This document shows positions 1 through 8,082 of a DNA stretch of 64,000 nucleotides, one piece after another. The DNA lies in the IMG/VR virus record IMGVR_UViG_3300021387_000106, positions 45,801-109,800 of that record. The stretch is one strand, 5' to 3'. The notes beneath the pieces were generated by a model, which worked only from the letters and a program-made list of their open reading frames with translations, was not told where the DNA came from and ran no database searches. The stretch's first letter is position 1, and each line of letters starts with the position of its first letter. A program made the position numbers and the translations under genes. Source of the DNA: a virus. Its lineage: Duplodnaviria > Caudoviricetes.

Positions 1-81
1 TGTAGTTTGTGGCTTTGTTGCTGCATGGCTCTACGATATGATTACATTCATTTATGTTTTTCTTCTATTCAAATATTTGCT

Positions 82-261
82 ATGGAAACAAAAAAAGAGA
101 TCACAATGATACGAAACTACCCAAGTGAAGTTGGAAATGGGGAGTTTAAGAAAAAGGTAAATGAGTTCCTTAAAGCAGCCAACTTCAACGTAAAGTTTAA
201 TGGTGACGATGTTATTGTATTCGCACAAAACCAAAAAATCGACAAGAGGTTCATTAAATAA
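82..261 (+). CDS. Small hypothetical protein (METKKEIT...)
   Basis: ORF track 7..261; the ATG at 82 looks the most plausible start. It converges on the terminator at 266-289. Confidence 0.5.
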   Translation: METKKEITMIRNYPSEVGNGEFKKKVNEFLKAANFNVKFNGDDVIVFAQNQKIDKRFIK

Positions 262-302
262 AAAAGCGGTTGTCCTCACGGATGACCGCCTCCCTTTTTT
301 TT
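262..302. terminator. Bidirectional intrinsic terminator
   Basis: Hairpin GCGGTTGTCC-TCAC-GGATGACCGC with an A-run on the left and a T-run on the right, between convergent genes. Confidence 0.75.
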
Positions 303-326
303 ACTAACTAATTTTAAACGTATGAA

Positions 327-878
327 TCAGAAATTATATCCTGCACCAAAACCGATACCAGGTTGAACACCTTTAGGAGTCAGATATAAGCCTCCCTGCA
401 AGCCAAAAGTCCATTTCTTTTTCCTCGTTATCGTTGTGGTTATATTATTGGTGATAATCTTACTTCTTACAAAAATACTATCCAATGAGGCATGATAACC
501 ACTCACATAAGCGGTATAGCAACTATCCTCATAAATCTTCTGAGTAATAGGTATCTCGTAGGTTGAATCCGTCTCGGTAATATCCCCATCGGAAATAGTC
601 TCAGGAATAGAGTCGGAACTAACCCCATTCTCAGAGATTAATTCCAACTTAGGTTTCTTAATCGGCTTCTTAACGCTGATTGTATTCACTTCTTTCTCAC
701 TCACTGGCTTTGGATCAATAAAAGAGTCAGTCTTGATTTCCTCTTTCGTTTCCTTAACCACCTCTACCTTCTCAACTGGCTTAGCCTTGGCATCCCTATA
801 CTGCTTGTAATTGAAGAATAGAGAAATGCCAAGACCAACCACCAAAAAGAGTATTACATAAAATACAGATTTCTTCAT
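327..878 (-). CDS. Membrane-anchored lysis accessory protein (spanin-like)
   Basis: N-terminal transmembrane segment (SVFYVILFLVVGLGISLFF) and C-terminal beta strands ending in Phe (GIGFGAGYNF). The start overlaps the endolysin stop. Confidence 0.55.
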   Translation of the reverse strand: MKKSVFYVILFLVVGLGISLFFNYKQYRDAKAKPVEKVEVVKETKEEIKTDSFIDPKPVSEKEVNTISVKKPIKKPKLELISENGVSSDSIPETISDGDITETDSTYEIPITQKIYEDSCYTAYVSGYHASLDSIFVRSKIITNNITTTITRKKKWTFGLQGGLYLTPKGVQPGIGFGAGYNF

Positions 879-1336
879 ACCTTCATTTCTTGAATGTCTT
901 TGTACTCCTCCATTGCTGAAAAACAAGGGCATAGTTTTATAAATTCTGATGGATCAATCTTTCCGTTATGGTTCTTATCGGGAGAAATATCCCTATGACC
1001 CATAATCTTTGCGTTGGGGTACTTCTTATGCAGCTCAGTAAGAACACGACGCAATTCTGCCTTTTGTGCATCAGTGCGGTTGTCAATACCATTTGGATGC
1101 TGCTTGTCAATACCACCAATCCATGCAATGTTTATCGACGTTGAGTTGTAACCCTTCACACCATTACTAACGTAATCCTCATGGAGAATCTGAGTAGTCT
1201 TACCTTCCTTGTCTATCAGATAGTGATAGCCTGGATAACGCCAACCCTTGCGCCTGAACTCTGCCAAAATGGATTGAACAGAAGCGTTTAAGGAACTGGC
1301 TGTGCAATGTACGAAAATCCTATTAATCGTTCTCAT
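875..1336 (-). CDS. Endolysin, N-acetylmuramoyl-L-alanine amidase (Amidase_2, T7 lysozyme-like)
   Basis: Motifs HCTA, GYHY, GVKGYNSTSINIAWIGG, GHRD and KLCPCF. Confidence 0.92.
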   Translation of the reverse strand: MRTINRIFVHCTASSLNASVQSILAEFRRKGWRYPGYHYLIDKEGKTTQILHEDYVSNGVKGYNSTSINIAWIGGIDKQHPNGIDNRTDAQKAELRRVLTELHKKYPNAKIMGHRDISPDKNHNGKIDPSEFIKLCPCFSAMEEYKDIQEMKV

Positions 1337-1388
1337 ATAGCATAATTATTTATTGGTTCTACAAAATCTTCTCCACAAAATTACCTTC

Positions 1389-1727
1389 TTAGAAATCGTC
1401 GCGGTCAAGAATAGTGCGAGACTCTTCTTTCTTGCGACCACGTTTTTTTCTCGGCGATACATCGGGCATGACTGGTTTACCATCGTTACCATACTGGCGT
1501 GTAAACTGATACCCAGCAACTAAGGCAGCACTCGCTCCTATCAGATACGGATATATCGTTATCCACCATTCGGGCATGATAGCACCCGACATCATGCAGG
1601 CTGAGTTAATACCAAGTGCAACCGTTGAGATAAAAGCACAGACCCATTGGACTCTCCTGAATACCTTTGGAGTCCGTGCTTTCCATCTGGATTTGGCTTC
1701 CTGCCACCACATCTTAATCTTCTTCAT
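1389..1727 (-). CDS. Putative holin (two transmembrane segments, basic C-terminal tail)
   Basis: Two hydrophobic segments and a charged C-terminus, directly upstream of the endolysin. Start moved to MKKIKMWW. Confidence 0.6.
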   Translation of the reverse strand: MKKIKMWWQEAKSRWKARTPKVFRRVQWVCAFISTVALGINSACMMSGAIMPEWWITIYPYLIGASAALVAGYQFTRQYGNDGKPVMPDVSPRKKRGRKKEESRTILDRDDF

Positions 1728-1731
1728 AAGT

Positions 1732-2001
1732 TTAACCTTTGTCGATGATACATAATGTTGTGTTAATCTTAGCAACATTGACTTTAATCTCGTTGATACC
1801 TTCAAGAATCTCGTCAATCTTGCCAGAGTGGGAATCCACGCGGTTTTTCAAACTTTCCGCCAGCACCTCCAACACGGCAATACGCTTCTCCGCATTAAAA
1901 ACTTCGTCCTTTAATTTGTGAATCAGCGTAAAGTACGTGCCGAACACCGAAATCAGCACCGTAATGATGTACGGCCACAACTCATTAGCAACTGCTGACA
2001 T
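1732..2001 (-). CDS. Single-TM coiled-coil protein (holin/antiholin-like)
   Basis: N-terminal TM segment followed by a heptad coiled coil, within the lysis cluster. Confidence 0.55.
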   Translation of the reverse strand: MSAVANELWPYIITVLISVFGTYFTLIHKLKDEVFNAEKRIAVLEVLAESLKNRVDSHSGKIDEILEGINEIKVNVAKINTTLCIIDKG

Positions 2002-2013
2002 GATAGCAAATAA

Positions 2014-2487
2014 TTAATGAATGAAACAATAAGCAAAGATGGTAAGCATACAAGCAACCTCAACCCAGAAAAGGTTCTTGCTTCCATCCTTTGCAGCGAG
2101 AGTGTAACCAACGTATAAGAACCAAAGCAACAGCAAATGAGGGTGGTTGAAATATACCAACATCTGCGAAGCGAGTCCTGCAACGATGGCGGCGACGTTG
2201 TGCATGGTGTTCTTTTCATTGGCAAGCAACGGAGTAGCACCAACAGCACCAATTCCTACTATTGTAAGGAAAGCGAGAAATTCAGTCATTGGAGTAGCCA
2301 AATCTAAAAGCACGGGAGCCAAAAGAGCTGCAACGGCAAACATGACAGCACTGAATATCCACTTACCAGTAGTAGGTAGAGTGAATACCGTAGAGGAAAT
2401 ACTATTAGGTATCTCCTTGGTATGGTATATCATTGCCCCCACGTAGAGAGCAATGATAACCAATGCGATTACAACTAACAGAGTCAT
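2014..2487 (-). CDS. Multi-pass membrane protein
   Basis: About 5-6 hydrophobic segments in 157 aa. Confidence 0.65.
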   Translation of the reverse strand: MTLLVVIALVIIALYVGAMIYHTKEIPNSISSTVFTLPTTGKWIFSAVMFAVAALLAPVLLDLATPMTEFLAFLTIVGIGAVGATPLLANEKNTMHNVAAIVAGLASQMLVYFNHPHLLLLWFLYVGYTLAAKDGSKNLFWVEVACMLTIFAYCFIH

Positions 2488-2490
2488 AGA

Positions 2491-3033
2491 TTATTCCTCC
2501 ACAGTTTCAGAGTTGTTGTAAGGGCTGAAATCGAAGTTGTCCTTGATAGTCCAACCTTCCTGATAGCAGGTCTCTATGTAAGCCAAGCCACCGAGATAGA
2601 ACTGAACCAGTTCCTCGAACGACTGGAAAATCTCGTAGAGAGCCTTTCCTTCTTCGTCCTCAGAAACTTTGTACTTCATGGGGAACGTTACGAGATTAGG
2701 ATATTCCTTGGCAGCATCGTGCTTTGCCTTGAAGTTTTCCTGATTCTCATTAGAGAGCCAAACCTTAACAGTCTTACCCTCGTCGTCACCATGAAGGATA
2801 GTCCACTCATAGCCATTGAGAATCTTTTCATCAGTCGTAGCGTTGATGTCGTCGATGATGGCTTTCTTGATTTCAGCAAAGTCAAGATGTGAACGCTGCT
2901 TTTTGTAAACATACACCTCAACCCACTCTGCATGAGTGTCATCAACCTCTGTAAGGTTGTAACTGATAACAATGCGGCTTGCGTCCTCTTTGAGGTAAGC
3001 AAATTCCGACTTCAAACCAAAAACCTTGTTCAT
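2491..3033 (-). CDS. Tail-fibre-associated protein (DUF4376-like)
   Basis: The segment VWLSNENQENFKA...FPMKYKV resembles small proteins that follow tail-fibre genes. The start overlaps the RT stop (ATGA). Confidence 0.5.
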   Translation of the reverse strand: MNKVFGLKSEFAYLKEDASRIVISYNLTEVDDTHAEWVEVYVYKKQRSHLDFAEIKKAIIDDINATTDEKILNGYEWTILHGDDEGKTVKVWLSNENQENFKAKHDAAKEYPNLVTFPMKYKVSEDEEGKALYEIFQSFEELVQFYLGGLAYIETCYQEGWTIKDNFDFSPYNNSETVEE

Positions 3034-4235
3034 AATCGTTTCTTTTTAAATTGTTTATAAAAAATGAATTTATCTGTAAACTTCGTCAGATCTTGATTGA
3101 ACACTCCTATTTTCAAAATATCTTTCTTTAGGAATAGTTTCCTGCAAAGATTGTATGATTTGGTGTGTTGGAATATACCTAAATACGAATTGATGGAACG
3201 GACAATCTTCCAAGGTTTTGAGAAATCGAACTCCAAAATCTTTTTCTTCATTCTCTCCAGTGAATGATTCGATATGTATGTTCGCCAAGGCTTGATGTAC
3301 GCTCCCAAGAACTCTGTTCCGTTGTGTACCTCCGAAATCTCCAATTTTCCTCTGTGCAATTCCAATCCTAAGTTTTCTCGAAGGAAATCTATTATTTTTG
3401 GAACTAAGCTCAGAAGCCATTCTTTGTCGGAACTCACTACTGCCGCATCGTCCACATAACGACCATAATAACGGCATTTCATTTCTCGCTTCATGAACTG
3501 GTCGAAAACATTCAGGTAAACGTTCGAGAATAACTGACTTGTCAAATTGCCTATTGGTAATCCAAGACCATCTTCCAAGTGCAGCATACTCTTTGCAGGG
3601 TCTAAACCATCCCAATCGGACTTGTCGCCACAAATGACACAATTCTCCTTGGGATTCAGCATAACGATAACTTCCGTAAGCCATATTACAAAGTCCATAT
3701 CCAAAACTTCGCCCCACGTAGTATCTTCGTATTTCGATATAGCGTGAGTTTCCATTTTTCTCAAACTTCCAATAGCTATTTCCAAAAGCCGTTTCCTCAC
3801 GATGTGCATAAAGTAGCCCCTTATATCGAGGTGCATCACATAGCACTCTCTTTGCCAGTTGTGACTTTCCTTTCTGCAAAAATCCGTAATTCTCGCTATT
3901 CCATAATGAGTACCACGATTCTTGATGCAACTGTACGTGTCCTGAATAAAAGTCCTCTCGTATAGCTGATGCGTATAGTTGAAATACAAGTGGTGTACTA
4001 TTCTGTCTCTGAACATTGCAGCGAATATCTCTCGCTTTTTGGGATAATCCACAATGAAACATTTCGATGGAAGAGGTTTGTAATTCCGCGAATACAAATC
4101 CTCGCAAAGTCCTTCCATATTCCGTTTGAGATTCTTTTCCCAAGAGACTACATAACACCTCGCACTCTTGTTTATTTTCGCATCGTAGAACGCTTGATAG
4201 AGGTCGAGTAGAAGCTGTTGCTTTGTAAGTTCCAT
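3030..4235 (-). CDS. DGR reverse transcriptase
   Basis: PKKREIFAAMFRDRIVHH, LDIRGYF, GLPIGNLTSQLFSNVYL (DGR-type IGxxxSQ) and RYVDD motifs; adjacent to the TR. Confidence 0.96.
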   Translation of the reverse strand: MELTKQQLLLDLYQAFYDAKINKSARCYVVSWEKNLKRNMEGLCEDLYSRNYKPLPSKCFIVDYPKKREIFAAMFRDRIVHHLYFNYTHQLYERTFIQDTYSCIKNRGTHYGIARITDFCRKESHNWQRECYVMHLDIRGYFMHIVRKRLLEIAIGSLRKMETHAISKYEDTTWGEVLDMDFVIWLTEVIVMLNPKENCVICGDKSDWDGLDPAKSMLHLEDGLGLPIGNLTSQLFSNVYLNVFDQFMKREMKCRYYGRYVDDAAVVSSDKEWLLSLVPKIIDFLRENLGLELHRGKLEISEVHNGTEFLGAYIKPWRTYISNHSLERMKKKILEFDFSKPWKIVRSINSYLGIFQHTKSYNLCRKLFLKKDILKIGVFNQDLTKFTDKFIFYKQFKKKRL

Positions 4236-4272
4236 AAAAGAAAAGTAAAAAAAGGATGATTAGTACTGTTAG

Positions 4273-4459
4273 CTGAACCGGGCGCACAGCAAAACCGTTG
4301 TACCGATTGTTGTTGTTCTGCGGATTGACACCACCAGAGTTGAAGTTCAAGTTGCGAGCATTGCGCGCAGAGTTGAACGAAGCAGACCAGTAGTTGCCGT
4401 TCGAACCGCGATTGTTCCAACTCGTACCATTGCCGTTGCCACTACAAGCAAAAAAGAGT
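4273..4459 (-). ncRNA. DGR template repeat (TR)
   Basis: 187 bp colinear with 5313-5499 and rich in AAC codons. All 17 differences I counted are at minus-strand adenines of this copy. Confidence 0.95.
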
Positions 4460-4611
4460 TTTCGACCACAACCTTGCACGATAGCCAAAAGGGACCAAAG
4501 GAACCATTCGGCATCTTTGATTTTTCCCGACTCTAAAAGAGTAAGGACGTGTAGCCTATGTAAATCATACTGAACCATCCTTCATTAATTACTATTTTTT
4601 CTAATAATCTG

Positions 4612-5172
4612 TTAGAACAAAGCAATCAAACGCTTGCGAACATCACGCAAAGTATCTAACGCATCCTTGGGCGACAGCTCATCAATAGGCAACGCTATGA
4701 TGTATCTGTAAATATCCGATATGCGCATAAACTGAGGAACTTGCTGCTGAATTTCTCGTTCTTCACGTTTCTTTTTCTTGCTCTCGATAATAGGAAGTGA
4801 TTCTTTCCATTCCTCTTTCATGGCGATTAGTTCTTCAAGAGACTTCTCGTAGAAATCTGAGGGCATTGGAATAATCACGTCAACACGATTGTCATCAACT
4901 GGCAGGAACGTTACGCTACCATCATTGGGGATATACTTCTCAATTGACTTTGCAGGGAATCCCACAAATGCGTCAATTGTTTCATCTTTCATTTTCTTGG
5001 CGATAACCTTCAAAGGATTATTAACCGACTCACCAAATGGATATTTGCTCATTAACCATGCGCTCCAGTCGTGAGCGTGATAGAAGTTACCTTCCTTAAC
5101 GAAGTGAATAATGTTCCACTGAGATTGTTCCTGCCTGGAACTCTCCAAATTTATGATTTCAGATAAATTCAT
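4612..5172 (-). CDS. DGR accessory protein, MutS-domain-I-like (MSL type) rather than Avd
   Basis: Occupies the accessory-gene slot between VR and TR. IIHFVKEGNFYHAHDWSA resembles the MutS_I GxFY motif. Confidence 0.65.
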   Translation of the reverse strand: MNLSEIINLESSRQEQSQWNIIHFVKEGNFYHAHDWSAWLMSKYPFGESVNNPLKVIAKKMKDETIDAFVGFPAKSIEKYIPNDGSVTFLPVDDNRVDVIIPMPSDFYEKSLEELIAMKEEWKESLPIIESKKKKREEREIQQQVPQFMRISDIYRYIIALPIDELSPKDALDTLRDVRKRLIALF

Positions 5173-5209
5173 CCTTATCTTTGTTTTTATTATTTTTATT
5201 TTATTTATT

Positions 5210-5284
5210 AACCAATTCCATTACGGAGGTGGTCTTAGGCCGCTTGGTGCGGCCTTTGTCCGACCACTCCGAATGGATTGGGTT
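5210..5284 (-). promoter_or_regulatory. Nested hairpin/cruciform downstream of VR (DGR target-recognition element)
   Basis: Inner AGGCCGC-TTGGT-GCGGCCT (5237-5255) nested in CGGAG(G)TGGTC/GACCACTCCG and TCCATT/AATGGA arms. Confidence 0.65.
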
Positions 5285-5309
5285 GTTGTTCTGATTGGCT
5301 CAGTATGAT

Positions 5310-6413
5310 TTACTGAACCGGGCGCACAGCAAAACCGTCGTACCGACGGTCGTAGTACTGCGGATTGACACCACCAGAGTAGAAGACCAAGTTGCGAGCA
5401 TTGCGCGCAGAGTAGAACGAAGCAGACCAGTAGACGCCGTACGAACCGCGACTGCCCCAACTCGTACCATTGCCGTAGCCACTACAAGCAAAAAAGAGTA
5501 AGTTACCATTAATCTTCGACTTCAAGTAGATACCAACAACACCATTCACGGTTACACGCTTGTCAGTAGTACCAGCAGCGATTACCGTAGTGCCATCAGC
5601 CTGAACGAAGTCGCAATTATCGAACAACTCTTTAAATTCTTCCGTAGTAGGCATTCGCCAAGGTGCGCCAAGATTAGCGCGTGCAGCATCCTGAGAGGGA
5701 GCCATGTTAGCGGTCAACTTGTTACCTGGTGTGTCACCATAAACTTGTCCGTCATACCAAGGCTCTTCTGCATTAACACCACCCCAATTGTAATCGAATG
5801 AAGAGGTATCTTTCGGATTGTGTCCGTCAGTGTTACCCCAAGAGAAGAATGTTTTCTCGTACTGGAAGGCACTGGCAGCGAACTTGTCAGCCTGAGTGAG
5901 GTCAATATCAGAATCAGCCCAAAGCAAGCCACTTGGCAGACCCATATCTACAAGGTGGTTAGTTGGAGTTTGGCTCTGTTCGAGACCCAACATTCCTACC
6001 ATATTCCAAGCAGAACCATCATACTGGAATTGTACGATAGTCTGAGCCTTGATAAGACCAGGCTGAACAGCTTGACCGTTTACCTTAATGGATTTTGCGC
6101 CAGTGCTATTCACGTTAAGCGTTGCTCCTGCTGCCTGATTAGCATACTTGAAGAATACGCTCACGATACCATTCTTTAGCAGAACGAAGTTGGAAATAGC
6201 GACAGTCTTTGCAATCGTTGTTGCGGCTGTTTCGCAATTACCATATCCGTTACCAGACTTCGCCATATCCTGAACCAACTGCTGTGCAGGGTATTTACCC
6301 GCAGGAGTTCCGTCAGGATTGTACAGCATGACCTCCTGAGTTGCACCAGGTGCAGCCTGAGTGAGACCCGATTGAACCGCTTTCAAAGCGTTAATCATAG
6401 AAATACTTTCCAT
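5310..6413 (-). CDS. DGR target protein: tail-fibre/receptor-binding protein with C-terminal CLec-like domain
   Basis: VDMGLPSGLLWA and WRMPTTEEFKEL motifs, C-terminal YWSAS...GFAVRPVQ, and the VR at its 3' end. Confidence 0.9.
   Translation of the reverse strand: MESISMINALKAVQSGLTQAAPGATQEVMLYNPDGTPAGKYPAQQLVQDMAKSGNGYGNCETAATTIAKTVAISNFVLLKNGIVSVFFKYANQAAGATLNVNSTGAKSIKVNGQAVQPGLIKAQTIVQFQYDGSAWNMVGMLGLEQSQTPTNHLVDMGLPSGLLWADSDIDLTQADKFAASAFQYEKTFFSWGNTDGHNPKDTSSFDYNWGGVNAEEPWYDGQVYGDTPGNKLTANMAPSQDAARANLGAPWRMPTTEEFKELFDNCDFVQADGTTVIAAGTTDKRVTVNGVVGIYLKSKINGNLLFFACSGYGNGTSWGSRGSYGVYWSASFYSARNARNLVFYSGGVNPQYYDRRYDGFAVRPVQ
5313..5499 (-). repeat. DGR variable repeat (VR)
   Basis: Matches TR 4273-4459 at offset 1040, with only A-to-N changes. 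Confidence 0.95.
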
Positions 6414-6452
6414 AAATACTTATTTTTAATTAATAAAAAAACAATTTCCTTT

Positions 6453-6977
6453 TTAACCCTGAGTGACAACGTTCTTTGGCATCAGTTTGACTAATGCTTT
6501 AAACATATCATCTACGGTATAGTTGACACCATTGAAGGCGTAAGTATCAGTGGGCTTAACGGCATTAGTGGCATTGCTACGTATTGTAGCAAGGTCATTA
6601 ATAGCATCCTGCTTTGCAGAGAGAGCAGTATTAATGCTATTAACCCAATACTCAATAGATGCGTCCGTAAATATCTCCCAATCGGTATTAGCTGCACCAT
6701 TTGACACTACAAACGCTATCTTTCCGTTTACGGTATGGTAAACGAAAGCACCACTCACAATCACCATCGTACACGGCAGATTACTCGTTGCCTTTGTAGA
6801 GCGATACAACACACCGTTAATACCTACGACAGCGTTCTTGACAAACGTACTCGACGGTGTAAGCGAGTTGACATTTACAGGGTGCAGCATTTCATCAGAG
6901 AGTAAACTTTCCTTAAATTCAAGAAGTTCGCGCGCTCTGATAATTCTATTTGGGTTTGTAAGTTCAATTTCTGCCAT
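6453..6977 (-). CDS. Tail-fibre module protein
   Basis: In the tail-fibre operon; N-terminus is paralogous to 7068..7739. Confidence 0.6.
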   Translation of the reverse strand: MAEIELTNPNRIIRARELLEFKESLLSDEMLHPVNVNSLTPSSTFVKNAVVGINGVLYRSTKATSNLPCTMVIVSGAFVYHTVNGKIAFVVSNGAANTDWEIFTDASIEYWVNSINTALSAKQDAINDLATIRSNATNAVKPTDTYAFNGVNYTVDDMFKALVKLMPKNVVTQG

Positions 6978-7067
6978 AATCTCTTACTTTCTTTTAATTG
7001 TTCAACATAATCAGTTTCTTGTGTAAGGTGCGAGGGATATTGCACCCTCACACCTTAGAGAAAAAGA

Positions 7068-7739
7068 TTAATCAGAGGGGAACATTTCGGCAATGTCCTC
7101 AGAGGTGGCATAAATCACACCATCCAGCTTCTCTTTGTCAGCAGCAGAAAGCAGACCTGCCTGACCGCCAACGCCAGATGCGGAAGGAGTCGCGCTTTGC
7201 ACGGTCTTCTTGTGCGGAGTGATGACACCCTGCGCGTTCTGGCTGATGCTGTCGATGAAGGTCAGACCGCTACCATCGGCTGAAGGATCAGAAACGGCAC
7301 TCTGAACGGTCTTGTAGCCACTCAGGTCAATCTTAACCGAGTAAGCGTTGAACTTGTAAACGGTAGTACCATCGTTGTCAACGGCAACGATACCAACGTC
7401 AGTACCAGCCTTAACCGTCTCACCTGCACCATCTACCCAATCAGAAGTAGTGGTAGCATCGGTAGTCAGGTTGTAAACCTTACCGAGGTTAGCTTCAACA
7501 AGCAGAGCCGAAGTCAGCTCATCAGCAGTCTTGTTACCACCGGGCTTGTAAACAGCCGAAATCTCAGTACCAATCTTAGTGAGCAACTCTGCGAGAGCAC
7601 CCTCTACGGTTGATGCGTTAAGACCCTGAATTGTTGCAATAGCCTTGCTCTGGAGAATAGCCTCCAAGTAGCCTTTGAACTCCAAGAGTTCGTTCGCGCG
7701 AATAATGCGCTGCGGATTTGTCAGATTAATGTCTGCCAT
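7068..7739 (-). CDS. Tail-fibre module protein
   Basis: Ala/Thr/Gly-rich fibre-like sequence (GLLSAADKEKLDG); shares terminal motifs with both neighbours. Confidence 0.65.
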   Translation of the reverse strand: MADINLTNPQRIIRANELLEFKGYLEAILQSKAIATIQGLNASTVEGALAELLTKIGTEISAVYKPGGNKTADELTSALLVEANLGKVYNLTTDATTTSDWVDGAGETVKAGTDVGIVAVDNDGTTVYKFNAYSVKIDLSGYKTVQSAVSDPSADGSGLTFIDSISQNAQGVITPHKKTVQSATPSASGVGGQAGLLSAADKEKLDGVIYATSEDIAEMFPSD

Positions 7740-7804
7740 AATACCTAAGTTTTTTAATTTAACAATAAAGTGAACTATACTGAGTGTGTATTGCTACACG
7801 TTAC

Positions 7805-8053
7805 TCATTCTGTTTTAGGAAACATTTCCTGAATGTCCGATGACGAAGCAAAGGTGTCAGGATTCATGTCATCGATTTCGATAGTACCATCCTTGATAGC
7901 ATCAGAATCAATGCTATCATGTGCAGGTATTCCGCCATTGGGGAACTCGAAAATCTTACCCCAAATTTCGAGGCTCAAAAGATGGAGTTTTCCATCCCTT
8001 TCCTCAAAGTGGTATTTTACACCACCATTGATGTAGATTTTTTCTTTAGCCAT
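7805..8053 (-). CDS. Small tail-fibre module protein
   Basis: C-terminus (FASSSDIQEMFP) is paralogous to that of 7068..7739. Confidence 0.55.
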   Translation of the reverse strand: MAKEKIYINGGVKYHFEERDGKLHLLSLEIWGKIFEFPNGGIPAHDSIDSDAIKDGTIEIDDMNPDTFASSSDIQEMFPKTE

Positions 8054-8082
8054 AATTTTTATTTTTTTATTGTTCTACAATT

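Noticed and set aside
3030-4235. RT as group II intron, retron or Abi RT
   Set aside because: The IGNLTSQ motif, the 401-aa size and the adjacent adenine-specific TR/VR pair identify it as a DGR RT.
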